DNA of 52,528 bases from the NCBI GenBank assembly GCA_002071685.1, contig MWBO01000006.1, positions 1-52,528 of the forward strand, read 5' to 3'. This DNA comes from a candidate division WS2 bacterium ADurb.Bin280 (GTDB lineage Bacteria > Patescibacteriota > UBA1384 > DTJR01). The notes below the pieces were generated by a model. That model had not been told where the DNA came from. It ran no database searches and saw nothing but the letters and a program-made list of their open reading frames with translations. The position numbers and the translations under genes are program-made. This document shows positions 17,072-26,872 of this stretch, one piece after another. The first letter of the stretch is position 1. The number at the start of each line of letters is the position of its first letter.

Positions 17072-17395
17072 TTAGATGACTCCGGTAGATTTTTCTTCAA
17101 GCGGTTTTACTTCACCTTCGTCGTCATTGTCGTATCTGACCGTTCTTCCACCCTCGGGCTCGACAATCTTGAGATTTACTCTTGCTCTTTCTCTTGCGCC
17201 AAGTACTCTTAGGAGGGTTCGGATGGATTTGGCTGTCTTTCCTTCCTTTCCGATGATCTTGCCCATGTCTTCGCCATCAACTGTCAGTTCGATCAAAACG
17301 CCCATCTCGTCAACTTTTCTTTCTGTCTTTACCTTGTCTGGATTGTCAACTATTGCTTTGACAATCATTTCGACGAACTCCTGATCTCTTTCCAT
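17072..17395 (-). CDS. KH-domain RNA-binding protein (YlqC/UPF0109 type)
   Basis: IVKAIVDNPDKV...GKIIGKEGKTAKSIRTLL. Positioned between rpsP and trmD. Confidence 0.9.
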   Translation of the reverse strand: MERDQEFVEMIVKAIVDNPDKVKTERKVDEMGVLIELTVDGEDMGKIIGKEGKTAKSIRTLLRVLGARERARVNLKIVEPEGGRTVRYDNDDEGEVKPLEEKSTGVI

Positions 17396-17423
17396 ACTTT
17401 CCTTTCTGGCAATAAGCCAAAAA

Positions 17424-17912
17424 TTAGCTTTCTTTTTGATCTTCGTTTTCAGCTGTCTTGTCTTCTTCTTTCGTTTCTACTTTTGCCTCTTGAGCTTTTT
17501 CTTCATTTTCTTGAGGTGTTTCTTCTTCTGTCTGCGCTACTTCCTCTTCTTTGGCGCTTTCATGCGTATTGTCTTCTGTCGGTTCTGTTTCTGCAGTTGG
17601 CTCTTGGGTCTTAGTTTTTTCCTGATCGCCCTTGCCTCTCTTCTGCTTCGGTGCGTCAGGTTTGTAAACTATTTGCTTGTGCTTCATTTTGTTCTCAAGC
17701 AAGAGTTTGGCTACGGAATTTGATGGTTTGGCGCCGGTATTTAGGTACTTCAAAATCTCCTCTTCATGCAAAGAGGTTTGCTTGGTGTGAGGATCGAACC
17801 ATCCAAGCTCTTTGATACAGTTTGATTTTGGTGGTCTTGAACTCTCGGTTAAAACGATGCGGAAAAAGGCTCTGTTTCTTCGGCCAGTTCGCATAAATCT
17901 GATTGCTAGCAT
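17424..17912 (-). CDS. rpsP: 30S ribosomal protein S16 with a long charged C-terminal extension
   Basis: MLAIRFMRTGRRNRAFFRIV... S16 core, then about 80 aa of K/E/T-rich tail. Confidence 0.95.
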   Translation of the reverse strand: MLAIRFMRTGRRNRAFFRIVLTESSRPPKSNCIKELGWFDPHTKQTSLHEEEILKYLNTGAKPSNSVAKLLLENKMKHKQIVYKPDAPKQKRGKGDQEKTKTQEPTAETEPTEDNTHESAKEEEVAQTEEETPQENEEKAQEAKVETKEEDKTAENEDQKES

Positions 17913-17947
17913 TTTTGGGTATCTCTTATTTAAATCTTCGTTAACAG

Positions 17948-18823
17948 CTATATTTTAACAAAATCGGGCAAAAAAGTCAATAATCTGGCGTTGCCTCTTT
18001 TGAAATCAGCAAAGGGCATTGTTTTTTGCCCCTCTCTTTGGACTTTTTCAAGAACAAGTTTGTCATTTTCGATGCTCGCTTGATGGATTATCAATCTTGT
18101 TCCGTCTAGGATGAAAAAGGCCTTGGGCCATCTGGAAAAGGCATTTATTTTTGCAAGTGCGCTTTCTGGAGAATCAATATTTTGTAAAATTTGCCCGTCC
18201 GCCTTTTTAATTTTTTTTGTATAAGTTGCTTTGTCTTCATCTTGTGTCATTGCTGTTGCTTCATCCGTGCTAATGTCGTGCAATACTTCAATGCCATTTT
18301 TTTCAAAATCATCGATTATCTTTTCAAAAACAGTCTGATAGTTGTCATTCGGGGTTATTTCAAATGATTTTTGGTAAAAAATGTCACCGGCGTCCATGCG
18401 CTGAGATAATTTTATCAATGAATATCCCGTTCTTGGGTCGCGATTTAAAATTGCGCTTTGGATCGGAGTCGCGCCGCGATAAGCGGGCAGGAGAGAGGGG
18501 TGTAGATTTACTAATTTCCCTTCGAAAAGATCTATTATGTCCTTGGTGATTATTTTTCCGTAAGAAAATACAAACCCCATTTTGTCGCTTGAGCTATCCA
18601 GGGCTCTTTTTATTTTTTCCCGTGATAGTTGATCAAGCTCTTGCGGAGTGAGGGTTATTATTTTTGATTGTTCGGCGGTGAGATGTGCGATATTTTTTTT
18701 AAGTTTTTGTCCTCTTCCGCTTGGTTTGGGCGGTTCGCTGACAAGTAAATCTATCTTGAAGGAATTTTTTTCAAGTATGTTCTTTATGGTTAGAAAGTCG
18801 CTATCCGAGGAAAAAACAATCAT
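17948..18823 (-). CDS. fmt: methionyl-tRNA formyltransferase
   Basis: NLHPSLLPAYRGATPIQSAILN motif. Overlaps def by 4 nt. Confidence 0.9.
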   Translation of the reverse strand: MIVFSSDSDFLTIKNILEKNSFKIDLLVSEPPKPSGRGQKLKKNIAHLTAEQSKIITLTPQELDQLSREKIKRALDSSSDKMGFVFSYGKIITKDIIDLFEGKLVNLHPSLLPAYRGATPIQSAILNRDPRTGYSLIKLSQRMDAGDIFYQKSFEITPNDNYQTVFEKIIDDFEKNGIEVLHDISTDEATAMTQDEDKATYTKKIKKADGQILQNIDSPESALAKINAFSRWPKAFFILDGTRLIIHQASIENDKLVLEKVQREGQKTMPFADFKRGNARLLTFLPDFVKI

Positions 18824-19293
18824 TTTTCAAACCTTGCAATGGTTTTTCCGTTCAAGTGGTCAACTTCGTGCTGGATGATACGCGCTAAATAACCTCGTGC
18901 CTTAAGTTTTTTCTTATTACCGAATTCGTCCTGATAATCAAGATGAATTTTTTTGTATCTAGGAACGACCGGCATACTTTCGGGTATCGACAAGCAACCC
19001 TCCTTCTCTACGTCGGCATCATCGCTGTGCCAAGTTATGACGGGGTTTACAATGACGAACTGATCTATCTGAATAGTATCGGGTTTCTTTTTCAAGTCTT
19101 CTTCAGTTGGCTCAAAACCAATGACAGCAAAGCTCTTATCGATTCCGATTTGAGGAGCGGCAAGGCCGACGCCATGTAGAGAAATGTGTTCAGCAATGAC
19201 TTTATCAAGATCGTTGCGAAATTTTTCGTCAAAATTATCAACTGTCTGGCATTTCTTACTTAAAATTGGATTTTCTTTTTTTATGAGGGGCAT
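18820..19293 (-). CDS. def: peptide deformylase
   Basis: GVGLAAPQIG, EGCLSIP and QHEVDHLNG motifs. Confidence 0.95.
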   Translation of the reverse strand: MPLIKKENPILSKKCQTVDNFDEKFRNDLDKVIAEHISLHGVGLAAPQIGIDKSFAVIGFEPTEEDLKKKPDTIQIDQFVIVNPVITWHSDDADVEKEGCLSIPESMPVVPRYKKIHLDYQDEFGNKKKLKARGYLARIIQHEVDHLNGKTIARFEK

Positions 19294-20459
19294 TATATTA
19301 TCTTGTCCTTGAATTTTTCTATGGCTTTTTCGTATGAATGTAGCAAATCAGACGTCAAAATGGAAGATCTAAACTCCCTGGCTTCCATACGAGCTTTTTG
19401 TGAAAATTGCATCCTTAGATTGTCGCGGCGAAGCAGCTCGATCATTTTGTCGGAAAAATCTTCTACTGTGGGTTTGGACACAAATCCGTCAACATTGTCT
19501 TTGATGAAGTCTTGCGACCCCATGCCCTCTACAGCCACCACCGGTGTTCCGGAGGCAAGGGATTCTATTATGACGAGTGGTTGTGGGTCGAGTCGTCCCG
19601 GATAGGCGAGTATATCGCAGGCGCCAAAAATTTTGTTCAGTTGTTTTTTGGGTAAATATCCGGTGAATGTGACAAATTTGGCGAATTGCTCTCTAGCTAA
19701 TGCGTGTTTCATATCATGGAAAAGTTTTCCAGTGCCGACAACTAGCAGGTGAACGTCTTCGATTGCGTGCCAAACTTTTTTAAAAGATCGGAAAAGTAGC
19801 CGGACGTTGTTTTCGTCGCTGACATCACCGACAAACAACACCAGTTTTCTCTTCAGGGGAATTTTTAGCTTTTCTTTGACGGTTTCCGGGGGAAAGCTGG
19901 CAAAATCTCCGCTGAATATGCCGATTGGCACCACGTCAATTTCTGGTGTCACATTGTATTTCAGAAGGTATTTTTTTGACATTTTGCTCAAGGCGATGAT
20001 TCTGTCGCAATTGTTCTGATAGGCAATCATTTTTTTGAGCGATTTTTCAAATGAGGCATTTTTGCTAGAGAGGGGAGGTGGAGAAATCCTGGAGTGTTCA
20101 GGGAAAATTCTATAAACAGTGTTAATTAGGGGGGTGTTGGCGGCTCTAGCTATTCTGTATGGAAGGTCGAAATTATTGAAATGAAAATGGCTGTGAACAA
20201 TGTCGATTTTTAACGATTGAATCTTTTTGCGACTGACGCTGGAAGTCGGCCAGATATAGGGGCGATAGGCCTCGGTCGGATGAAAAATTGCATTTAAACG
20301 AGCCACTCTTGGAGAGGAGTCTTTCCAGTTTCTGTAGCTGGGGGCGATTATAAAAACCTTGTGGCCACGCTTTTCAAGTGAAACCCGAAGAGACTCTACT
20401 GAAACTGCTACTCCGCATGGTACGGGGATGTATGCATCTGAAATAAAGAGAATTCTCAT
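19293..20459 (-). CDS. glycosyltransferase, GT4 family
   Basis: GT-B fold pattern and a C-terminal E..P.V..ES.A.G.PVVA-type motif. Confidence 0.85.
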   Translation of the reverse strand: MRILFISDAYIPVPCGVAVSVESLRVSLEKRGHKVFIIAPSYRNWKDSSPRVARLNAIFHPTEAYRPYIWPTSSVSRKKIQSLKIDIVHSHFHFNNFDLPYRIARAANTPLINTVYRIFPEHSRISPPPLSSKNASFEKSLKKMIAYQNNCDRIIALSKMSKKYLLKYNVTPEIDVVPIGIFSGDFASFPPETVKEKLKIPLKRKLVLFVGDVSDENNVRLLFRSFKKVWHAIEDVHLLVVGTGKLFHDMKHALAREQFAKFVTFTGYLPKKQLNKIFGACDILAYPGRLDPQPLVIIESLASGTPVVAVEGMGSQDFIKDNVDGFVSKPTVEDFSDKMIELLRRDNLRMQFSQKARMEAREFRSSILTSDLLHSYEKAIEKFKDKII

Positions 20460-20504
20460 ATGAATTGATTATAACATTTTTCTAAAGAGAGGGGGGAGTT
20501 AAAC

Positions 20505-20570
20505 TAAAAATTAAATATTAAAAATTAAAAATTAAAATGATAATTAAAAATTTCAAAAGGTTACAAAAAC
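20505..20570 (+). repeat. AT-rich block, copy a
   Basis: TAAAAATTAAATATTAAAAATTAAAA..ATGATAA...AAAAGGTTACAAAAA. A near-duplicate lies at 20617-20677. Confidence 0.7.
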
Positions 20571-20604
20571 CAGATACCAGAGGCCAGAGACCAGACTCCA
20601 GATA
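20570..20604 (+). repeat. five tandem heptads CCAGANN
   Basis: CCAGATA CCAGAGG CCAGAGA CCAGACT CCAGATA, read directly. Confidence 0.85.
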
Positions 20605-20616
20605 ACTACATTAAAT

Positions 20617-20677
20617 TAAAAATTAAATATCAAAAATTAAAATGATAAAGAAAAAATTAAAAAAGTTTACAGAAATT
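20617..20677 (+). repeat. AT-rich block, copy b
   Basis: TAAAAATTAAATATCAAAAATTAAAATGATAA...AAAAAGTTTACAGAAA. Confidence 0.7.
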
Positions 20678-20706
20678 GTTTTCTTGCAGCTAAAGCTACA
20701 GACAAT

Positions 20707-20793
20707 GATAGAACCAAAGGGGCCTATTTGCCTGCCCGCAATGCTTTCAGCATAGCTGTGGCAGGCGGGCGAGGTAGCCCCTATGGTTCTATC
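20707..20793. other. long imperfect GC-rich hairpin H1
   Basis: GATAGAACCA/TGGTTCTATC, GGGGC/GCCCC, GCCTGCC/GGCGGGC and an apical ATGCT-ttc-AGCAT. Confidence 0.6.
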
Positions 20794-20825
20794 GACTCCT
20801 TACCCTGCACGCTTGTTTCAAGAGC

Positions 20826-20903
20826 AAAAAATAAGCTTTTCTTTCTGGCAAACCCTCTCGACAAGTTTGCGAGCTTCCGCCAGAAGCAAAAAGCTTATTT
20901 TTC
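20826..20903. other. long hairpin H2 (possible bidirectional terminator)
   Basis: AAAAATAAGCTTTT/AAAAGCTTATTTTT (14 bp) plus TTCTGGC/GCCAGAA. T-runs on both strands. Confidence 0.6.
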
Positions 20904-20990
20904 TTCCTGAAACTTTAATGCAATACGAACACCTGGATTCATAATTCTACATTCATCATTCTTAATTCTACATTCTTAATTTAAAGTTTA

Positions 20991-21018
20991 CAGATAACAG
21001 ACACCAGAATCCAGAATA
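20991..21018 (+). repeat. four tandem heptads CAGANNN (second array)
   Basis: CAGATAA CAGACAC CAGAATC CAGAATA, preceded by AAAGTTTA, as in the first array. Confidence 0.75.
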
Positions 21019-21132
21019 ATTCATAGTTTTTCATTGATAATTTCTTAATTGTTTAATTGACTAATTGACTAATTAATTCTTTATTCTTAACTTGGCGAAG
21101 TCATTATTCTTACATTAATCTTTTTCAAGATT

Positions 21133-22905
21133 CTAGAGATAATCGCTTCGATCTATTCTCAAGTGAGTTTTGTTATCGAGAGCTTTTTTTAGATCTTTTT
21201 TGAAACTTTCCCACTTGTTGGTGGCGACAAAAAACAGCCCTTTTGCTGTTTTTGTTTTTTTTGTACCGTCTGACCTTAACGTCATAATATCCAGATTTAA
21301 ATTTTTAGATAGCTTCATTAATTTATCTTTTACTAAATCTTCGCTTCCTGCTTTAGAAATAATTTCTATCGCCTTGCCAAACGGGGGCATTTGAAATTTT
21401 TTTCTATCAAGAGTTTCGTCTCTCAAAAAACTTTCAAAATCAAAGTTTTTCACTTGTGATGTGAATTTATCGTCGTTTAAATTTTCTCCCATCAAGATAA
21501 TTTTCGCATCGCTTAAAATTGGTAAGTTATAAATCAGGCGAAATATCTTGTGTCTGTACCCCAAAGAGGCAAAGTTTTTCATCAAATCAAAATATGGAAA
21601 AATTATTGCGTCAAACTGGATACTTGACTTGGCTGCTTCGGATGGATTTAAGATAAAAATATTTTTGCTTTGATCGATTTTTTCAGATGGAGAGATCGAG
21701 TTTTTTATCTGTGGAAGCGATCGCTCAAGCGATTGTTCTATTGCTTTATAAGAAAAGCCAAAGTTTTTTAAGTTTGGGCTTTGACAGTTTGGACAAAGGT
21801 CCGTTTGATTGGTGCATTTTGCGCAAACGCCGTTTGATTGATTGAAATAAGAATTTTGGCAATTTTTGCAAATCACTTCGTTGTTACAGTCAACGCACCT
21901 TAATTTAGTTTGGTTCTTCCAAGGTCCTACAAAACAAATTTTTGAACGCGATTGAACTTTTTGCAAAATAAATTTTTGAAAAGATAATTGTTTTGAAAAA
22001 TTATTGAAAGAATCAAGAATTGAAACTTTTCTTTTTTCTTTTTTTATTGTAAGAGTTAGTTTTTTCTGAAGATAACCGACGAAAGAGGTGACTGAAGGAA
22101 TGCTCTCCCCAATAATAAGTGAAGTGGAAAAAATTTCTCGCAATCTACGGGCGACAAAAAAAGCTTGGTAGTATGGAGACTGATCCTCGTCGTAGGCAAA
22201 GTCAAGCGGGTCGTCAATGCAGATTAGTTCAAGTGATGAAAATGGTAGTAGGAGTGATTGCCTGGTTCCGATGATAATGGCTTCTTTGCCGGATATTAAG
22301 TGATTCCATATTTTTGCTTTTTGCTGAGATTTCAAAAAACTGTGATACTGAAAAACTTTTTTTTGCGGGGCAATTTTTTTCAATGAAAAACTTAATTTTT
22401 TAATTCTATCGATTTCGGGCAGAACTATTAGAACCTGATTATTTGATAGCAGGGATTGTTGTAAATAATAACTTTCTCTATTTTCCTGAGAAGAAACATA
22501 GATGCCTGCCTTATTTTTGAATTTTGAAAAGCTGTTGTCTCTCCCCGACAGTTTTTTGATATCGCCGATGTTCATGGTCGGTAGAAATGAGAAAAGGGTT
22601 TCTCCCAATGGACGAAGATATTGTGAGCTTAATTGTTGCGCTAACAATAGTTGTTTTTGAGTAAAAACTCTCCCCGAAGAGACGATTCTGATAACTTTTT
22701 TTGTCGCAAATTTTGATTTTTTGGTTTGTCCGACAATAGCGCCGAAGGTCTTGCTTTTACCGAAACTTATCTCTACTATTTGCCCAAACTCAAGGGGGCT
22801 ATCACTGAGATAGTCAAAAGAATCTTGACTTGATGATCTAAGTTTGGGAATAACTTTATAAACATACATCAAATCAAATGTAAGAGAATAAGAGTTTAAA
22901 TGCAA
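21133..22905 (-). CDS. priA: primosomal protein N' (PriA)-like, helicase motifs degenerate
   Basis: PriA layout with a Cys-rich zinc region (CVDCNNEVICKNC...CAKC...CPNC). The Walker A position reads VSSQENRE and the DEEH position reads DDPLD. An alternative start exists at M13. Confidence 0.75.
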   Translation of the reverse strand: MHLNSYSLTFDLMYVYKVIPKLRSSSQDSFDYLSDSPLEFGQIVEISFGKSKTFGAIVGQTKKSKFATKKVIRIVSSGRVFTQKQLLLAQQLSSQYLRPLGETLFSFLPTMNIGDIKKLSGRDNSFSKFKNKAGIYVSSQENRESYYLQQSLLSNNQVLIVLPEIDRIKKLSFSLKKIAPQKKVFQYHSFLKSQQKAKIWNHLISGKEAIIIGTRQSLLLPFSSLELICIDDPLDFAYDEDQSPYYQAFFVARRLREIFSTSLIIGESIPSVTSFVGYLQKKLTLTIKKEKRKVSILDSFNNFSKQLSFQKFILQKVQSRSKICFVGPWKNQTKLRCVDCNNEVICKNCQNSYFNQSNGVCAKCTNQTDLCPNCQSPNLKNFGFSYKAIEQSLERSLPQIKNSISPSEKIDQSKNIFILNPSEAAKSSIQFDAIIFPYFDLMKNFASLGYRHKIFRLIYNLPILSDAKIILMGENLNDDKFTSQVKNFDFESFLRDETLDRKKFQMPPFGKAIEIISKAGSEDLVKDKLMKLSKNLNLDIMTLRSDGTKKTKTAKGLFFVATNKWESFKKDLKKALDNKTHLRIDRSDYL

Positions 22906-22908
22906 ATG

Positions 22909-23856
22909 CTAGATGTTTTCTAGTATTTTGCAGATGAGTTGTTTGATATTTTTTCCACTTACAGCACTTATTGCCAGATCGTACTTGAAGTCCTTGGGTA
23001 ATTTGGATACAAGGTCGGCCTTTGTCAAAACAACCAGCTCTTTTTTTTGCGTTAATTTATTGCTGAAATTTTCAAGCTCTTTTCTTATTTTTTGGTAATC
23101 GGATTTTGTGTCGGCGCTTGTTGCATCTATCAAATGAACCAGAACATTTGTTCTCTCGACGTGTTTGAGAAATTTGTGACCGAGGCCCTTTCCTTCGGAC
23201 GCACCCTCTATAAGGCCCGGAATGTCGCAGACTATGAATGATTTATCGTCATAGCTAACTACTCCCAAATTTGGTTCGAGGGTTGTAAATGGGTAATCTG
23301 CGACTTTTGGCCTAGCGCTTGAGATTGCCGATATCAGGGTTGATTTACCGGCGTTTGGCAGGCCTATCAGCCCTACATCAGCTATTAATTTCATCTCTAG
23401 TCTCAGTTTTTTCTCTTCGCCGCGCTCGCCGGCTTTGAATTCTCTTGGTGTTTGGTGCGTGGCACTGGCAAAGTGTACGTTACCCAGTCCACCCTTTCCG
23501 CCTTTGGCGACTACAAAAGTGTCGTCGCACTTTTTTAAATCAGCAATTTGCTTATTTGTTTCTAAATCAATAACCTGGGTGCCCGGAGGAACCGTCAGTA
23601 TTAGATTTTCGCCATTTTTTCCATGTCGCTTATTCTTTGCCCCGTTTCCACCACCTTGGGCTGAGAATTCTTTTTGATGACTAAAAAATCTCAAAGAATC
23701 AACATTTTGAGCACATTTTAAGATGACATCACCGCCGTCTCCACCGTCACCGCCGTCGGGGCCACCTTTTTCGACGTATTTCTCATGCCTAAAAGAAACG
23801 GCTCCATCGCCGCCTTTTCCCGCTCTCACTTCTATATCAACTTGATCTATAAGCAT
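22909..23856 (-). CDS. obg: GTPase Obg/CgtA
   Basis: Glycine-rich Obg fold (GGDGGDGGDV) plus G1-G4 (GLPNAGKST, DIPG, TKAD). Confidence 0.95.
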   Translation of the reverse strand: MLIDQVDIEVRAGKGGDGAVSFRHEKYVEKGGPDGGDGGDGGDVILKCAQNVDSLRFFSHQKEFSAQGGGNGAKNKRHGKNGENLILTVPPGTQVIDLETNKQIADLKKCDDTFVVAKGGKGGLGNVHFASATHQTPREFKAGERGEEKKLRLEMKLIADVGLIGLPNAGKSTLISAISSARPKVADYPFTTLEPNLGVVSYDDKSFIVCDIPGLIEGASEGKGLGHKFLKHVERTNVLVHLIDATSADTKSDYQKIRKELENFSNKLTQKKELVVLTKADLVSKLPKDFKYDLAISAVSGKNIKQLICKILENI

Positions 23857-24968
23857 TATTTCAATGGGTTAACCGGTCTGCCGTTTATAATTAATTCAAA
23901 ATGAAGATGTATTCCTGTTCTGCCGTAGACTCTTCCTGTATTGCCCATACCGCCGACTTGTTGACCTTGGCTTACTGTTTGACCCGCGGAGACGTTGAAA
24001 GACGATAGGTGAGCATATCTGGTCGTTCTGCCACCCCCGTGATCAATAATAACTTGGTTACCATAACCTCCGTTCCAGCCGGTTGCTACAAGTATTACTC
24101 TGCCCGAAAGAGCTGCCAGTATTGGCGTTCCCATATTTCCCATATAATCTACTCCGGTGTGTCTTCCGGTGAAATATTGAGATATACCCTTCCCACCACC
24201 TGAAACAGGCGTGATGAGACCGCTTCGGTCAACTCCGTCGTAACCCGAAGAAGTTTGCTTGCTTGAGGCGGCTAGCGCCTTAGATGAAAGAGCTAGCTTT
24301 CTCTTGAGATCTTCTGCCTTGTTAATAGCTACCAGCCAATCGTTTGAAGTCGATGTGTCGGAGGAGGGGATTGAAAGAATGGTTCCGGGTTTAATTTTTT
24401 TCGATTCTTCTGGTTTGATTGAGTTTGCGTCCAAAATTGTAGCTACATGAAGATTGAACTTGTTTGCGATTTGGATGATGGTTTCACCCTGTTCGACTTG
24501 GTATGTTGCTGCTTGTCTTTGTGGCTCTTCAACATTTCTTCCAGTGTTGATTGCGAGCTGTTGCGACATCGTATACGAATCGTTTTCGGTCATAATTGAG
24601 AGAGCCACCTCGTCTTTTTTTTCTTCTATTCCGGGCGTGTATTGATTTATTTTTTCCGAAAGCTCACCGGCCTTTATCGGGTCAAGGGGCGATGAATAGC
24701 GTTGAATATCAAGATATAATTGTTTATTGGCGCTAACTTCCGATATCCAAGGTGTGAGGACCAAAACCAGAAGAATAGTTAAGTTAAAAAGAAGCTTTTT
24801 CTCTCTAGAAGCAAATGATTTTAGAAAATTTGAGCAAATCGAAACAAAAGAAGCCTGCTTTTTGAAAGAGGCGACTGCTCCCTTCTTGAGTTTGTTGATG
24901 ACGGAGCTGTGATCGGAATGTTTCGATGGTCCGTCGAGATTGTTTGTTGACATAATCGAGTTTTCCAA
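23856..24968 (-). CDS. LysM + M23 family metallopeptidase, membrane anchored
   Basis: TM near the N-terminus. LysM (YQVEQGETIIQIANKF...). M23 (HTGVDY...GNTGRV...HLHFE). Confidence 0.9.
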   Translation of the reverse strand: MENSIMSTNNLDGPSKHSDHSSVINKLKKGAVASFKKQASFVSICSNFLKSFASREKKLLFNLTILLVLVLTPWISEVSANKQLYLDIQRYSSPLDPIKAGELSEKINQYTPGIEEKKDEVALSIMTENDSYTMSQQLAINTGRNVEEPQRQAATYQVEQGETIIQIANKFNLHVATILDANSIKPEESKKIKPGTILSIPSSDTSTSNDWLVAINKAEDLKRKLALSSKALAASSKQTSSGYDGVDRSGLITPVSGGGKGISQYFTGRHTGVDYMGNMGTPILAALSGRVILVATGWNGGYGNQVIIDHGGGRTTRYAHLSSFNVSAGQTVSQGQQVGGMGNTGRVYGRTGIHLHFELIINGRPVNPLK

Positions 24969-25029
24969 CTCGGCAGTTATTTTACTCTAATGAGCGCCCT
25001 TGTCAAGGGGGTGGGCTCGGATATCTCTT

Positions 25030-26835
25030 TTATTGAGTAATTTTTTTTATCGAACGAATCTTTTCTTCTACAAGGACAAATTCAAGAATGTCCTTTGCTT
25101 TCAATTTTAATTCGCCAAGACAACTAACGCCACATTCATTTCCTTTCTCAACAACATTTACTCGCTCTCCGCCAATTTGGACAAGTTCTGTCTTGAGCTC
25201 GCCGATTTTTTCCTCTCCTCTGTAAACTAAGACCTTTGTTCCCGGAGTGATTTTTCCTTCGATAACCTTGCCTCCAACGATTGTTTTGCCTTTTGACTTG
25301 AAAAATACTTTGATTACTTCAAGTTTGCCGATAGTCGTTTCTATAATTTCGGGCTCAAGCAAGCCCTCCAAAGCGGCGCTGATGTCATCAATCAGTTCAT
25401 AGATAATTTCGTATCTTGAAATCTTGATATCATTTGCTTCAGAGAGTTTTAGTACATTGGCGGGGATTGGAACGCGAAAGGCTACGACTATTGCTCCTGA
25501 AGCAATGGCAAGATTGATGTCAGACTCTGTGATCGCTCCCAGAGCGCTTGAAACAGCTGTTACTTTGATATCCGATTGTGAAAACTTCTCCAGTGCGTCG
25601 GTGATTGCGTCTAGAGAGCCCTTAACGTCAGCTCTAAGAATTATTTTAAGCTCGGTGATTTTTTCGCCTTCTTTCGTTGATTTTGAGACGTCGGCCAGTG
25701 ATCGAACTGCGCCGATTCCTTTAACAGTGTCTTTTTTGCGCCTCTCTTCAAGTCTTGCTTTGGCGGTTTTTTCATCCTTAAGAGCGAAGATAATTCCTCC
25801 AGTTTTGGGGATTTTCTTGAATCCGGCAATCATTACCGGATCGGAGGGTAATGCCTGCTTGATTCTTTGTCCTTTCCAATCTTCTAAAAATCTGACTTTT
25901 GCGAAATCGTCATCGTAGATAATCACATCACCAGGTTTCAAGATGCCCTCTTGGATTATAGAAGTAGCAACAGCACCCTTGCCGCTTTGTATTTTCGATT
26001 CTACGACAACCGCTTTGGCATTTCCATCGCTTCGCGCTTCGAGCTCTTCAACGTCGGCAGTTAAGACGATTAGCTCGAGTAATTTATCTATACCCTCTTT
26101 GGTTTTTGCGCTGACTCCAATCATTGGCGTTTTACCACCCCACTCCTCGGGAACAAGCATGTGTTCGGTCAGCTGTCGTTTGACCCTGTCTATGTCAGAA
26201 TCTGGTTTGTCTATTTTGTTAATGGCAACGATAATCGGAACTTTAGCGGCCTTCGCATGACTTATCGCTTCCAGCGTTTGTGGCTTGACACCCTCATCCG
26301 CCGCAACAACAATTATGACTATGTCTGTAATATTAGCACCTTGAGCTCTCATTTGAGAAAAGGCCTCGTGACCAGGGGTGTCTAAAAACGTAATAGCCCT
26401 TTGGCTTTTCTTGCCATTTTCTTCTTCAAATTTAACTTTCGTTTGATAGGCGCCAATGTGTTGAGTAATGCCTCCGGATTCAGTACCGATAATGTTAGTT
26501 TCTCTGATCGCATCAAGTAGTTTAGTTTTGCCGTGGTCAACGTGACCCATAATGGTGACAACGGGCGGTCTAACTTTTTTCTTAATTTTGCTTTTATCGT
26601 CTTTTTCTTCCGTCCTACTTTCTTCTTCGTCACTTTTTATAGCATCAAATTGAAATTCACTAGCAATAATTGCGGCTGTGTCAAAGTCGACGCTTTCGTT
26701 GATGTTGACCAAAATACCGCTCTCCATCAATTTCTTGATGATTTCAACGGGCGCAACGCCCAACTGGGTGGCAAGCATCTTGATCGAAACTACTTCGGGT
26801 AGGAGGACGGTTTGATTTTTTTCTTCCTGAGGCAT
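25030..26835 (-). CDS. infB: translation initiation factor IF-2 (short form)
   Basis: GHVDHGKTKLLD, DTPGHEAF and NKID motifs, with the C-terminal IF-2 domains. Confidence 0.95.
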   Translation of the reverse strand: MPQEEKNQTVLLPEVVSIKMLATQLGVAPVEIIKKLMESGILVNINESVDFDTAAIIASEFQFDAIKSDEEESRTEEKDDKSKIKKKVRPPVVTIMGHVDHGKTKLLDAIRETNIIGTESGGITQHIGAYQTKVKFEEENGKKSQRAITFLDTPGHEAFSQMRAQGANITDIVIIVVAADEGVKPQTLEAISHAKAAKVPIIVAINKIDKPDSDIDRVKRQLTEHMLVPEEWGGKTPMIGVSAKTKEGIDKLLELIVLTADVEELEARSDGNAKAVVVESKIQSGKGAVATSIIQEGILKPGDVIIYDDDFAKVRFLEDWKGQRIKQALPSDPVMIAGFKKIPKTGGIIFALKDEKTAKARLEERRKKDTVKGIGAVRSLADVSKSTKEGEKITELKIILRADVKGSLDAITDALEKFSQSDIKVTAVSSALGAITESDINLAIASGAIVVAFRVPIPANVLKLSEANDIKISRYEIIYELIDDISAALEGLLEPEIIETTIGKLEVIKVFFKSKGKTIVGGKVIEGKITPGTKVLVYRGEEKIGELKTELVQIGGERVNVVEKGNECGVSCLGELKLKAKDILEFVLVEEKIRSIKKITQ

Positions 26836-26872
26836 AATAATTTTTTATAATTGGTTAAAGACTCTATTGTTT

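Noticed and set aside
20505-20680. Possible CRISPR-like array in the AT-rich repeats.
   Set aside because: There are only two imperfect copies with no regular repeat-spacer periodicity. The sequence is nearly pure A/T, and no cas genes are in the window.
20707-20793. H1 as a small SRP (4.5S) RNA. CCCGCAATGCT and TAGCTG.GGCAGG resemble the flanks of E. coli 4.5S as I remember them.
   Set aside because: The conserved domain IV core (GGAA tetraloop and AGCA/GGAA-type loops) is absent. The apex is only ATGCT-ttc-AGCAT.
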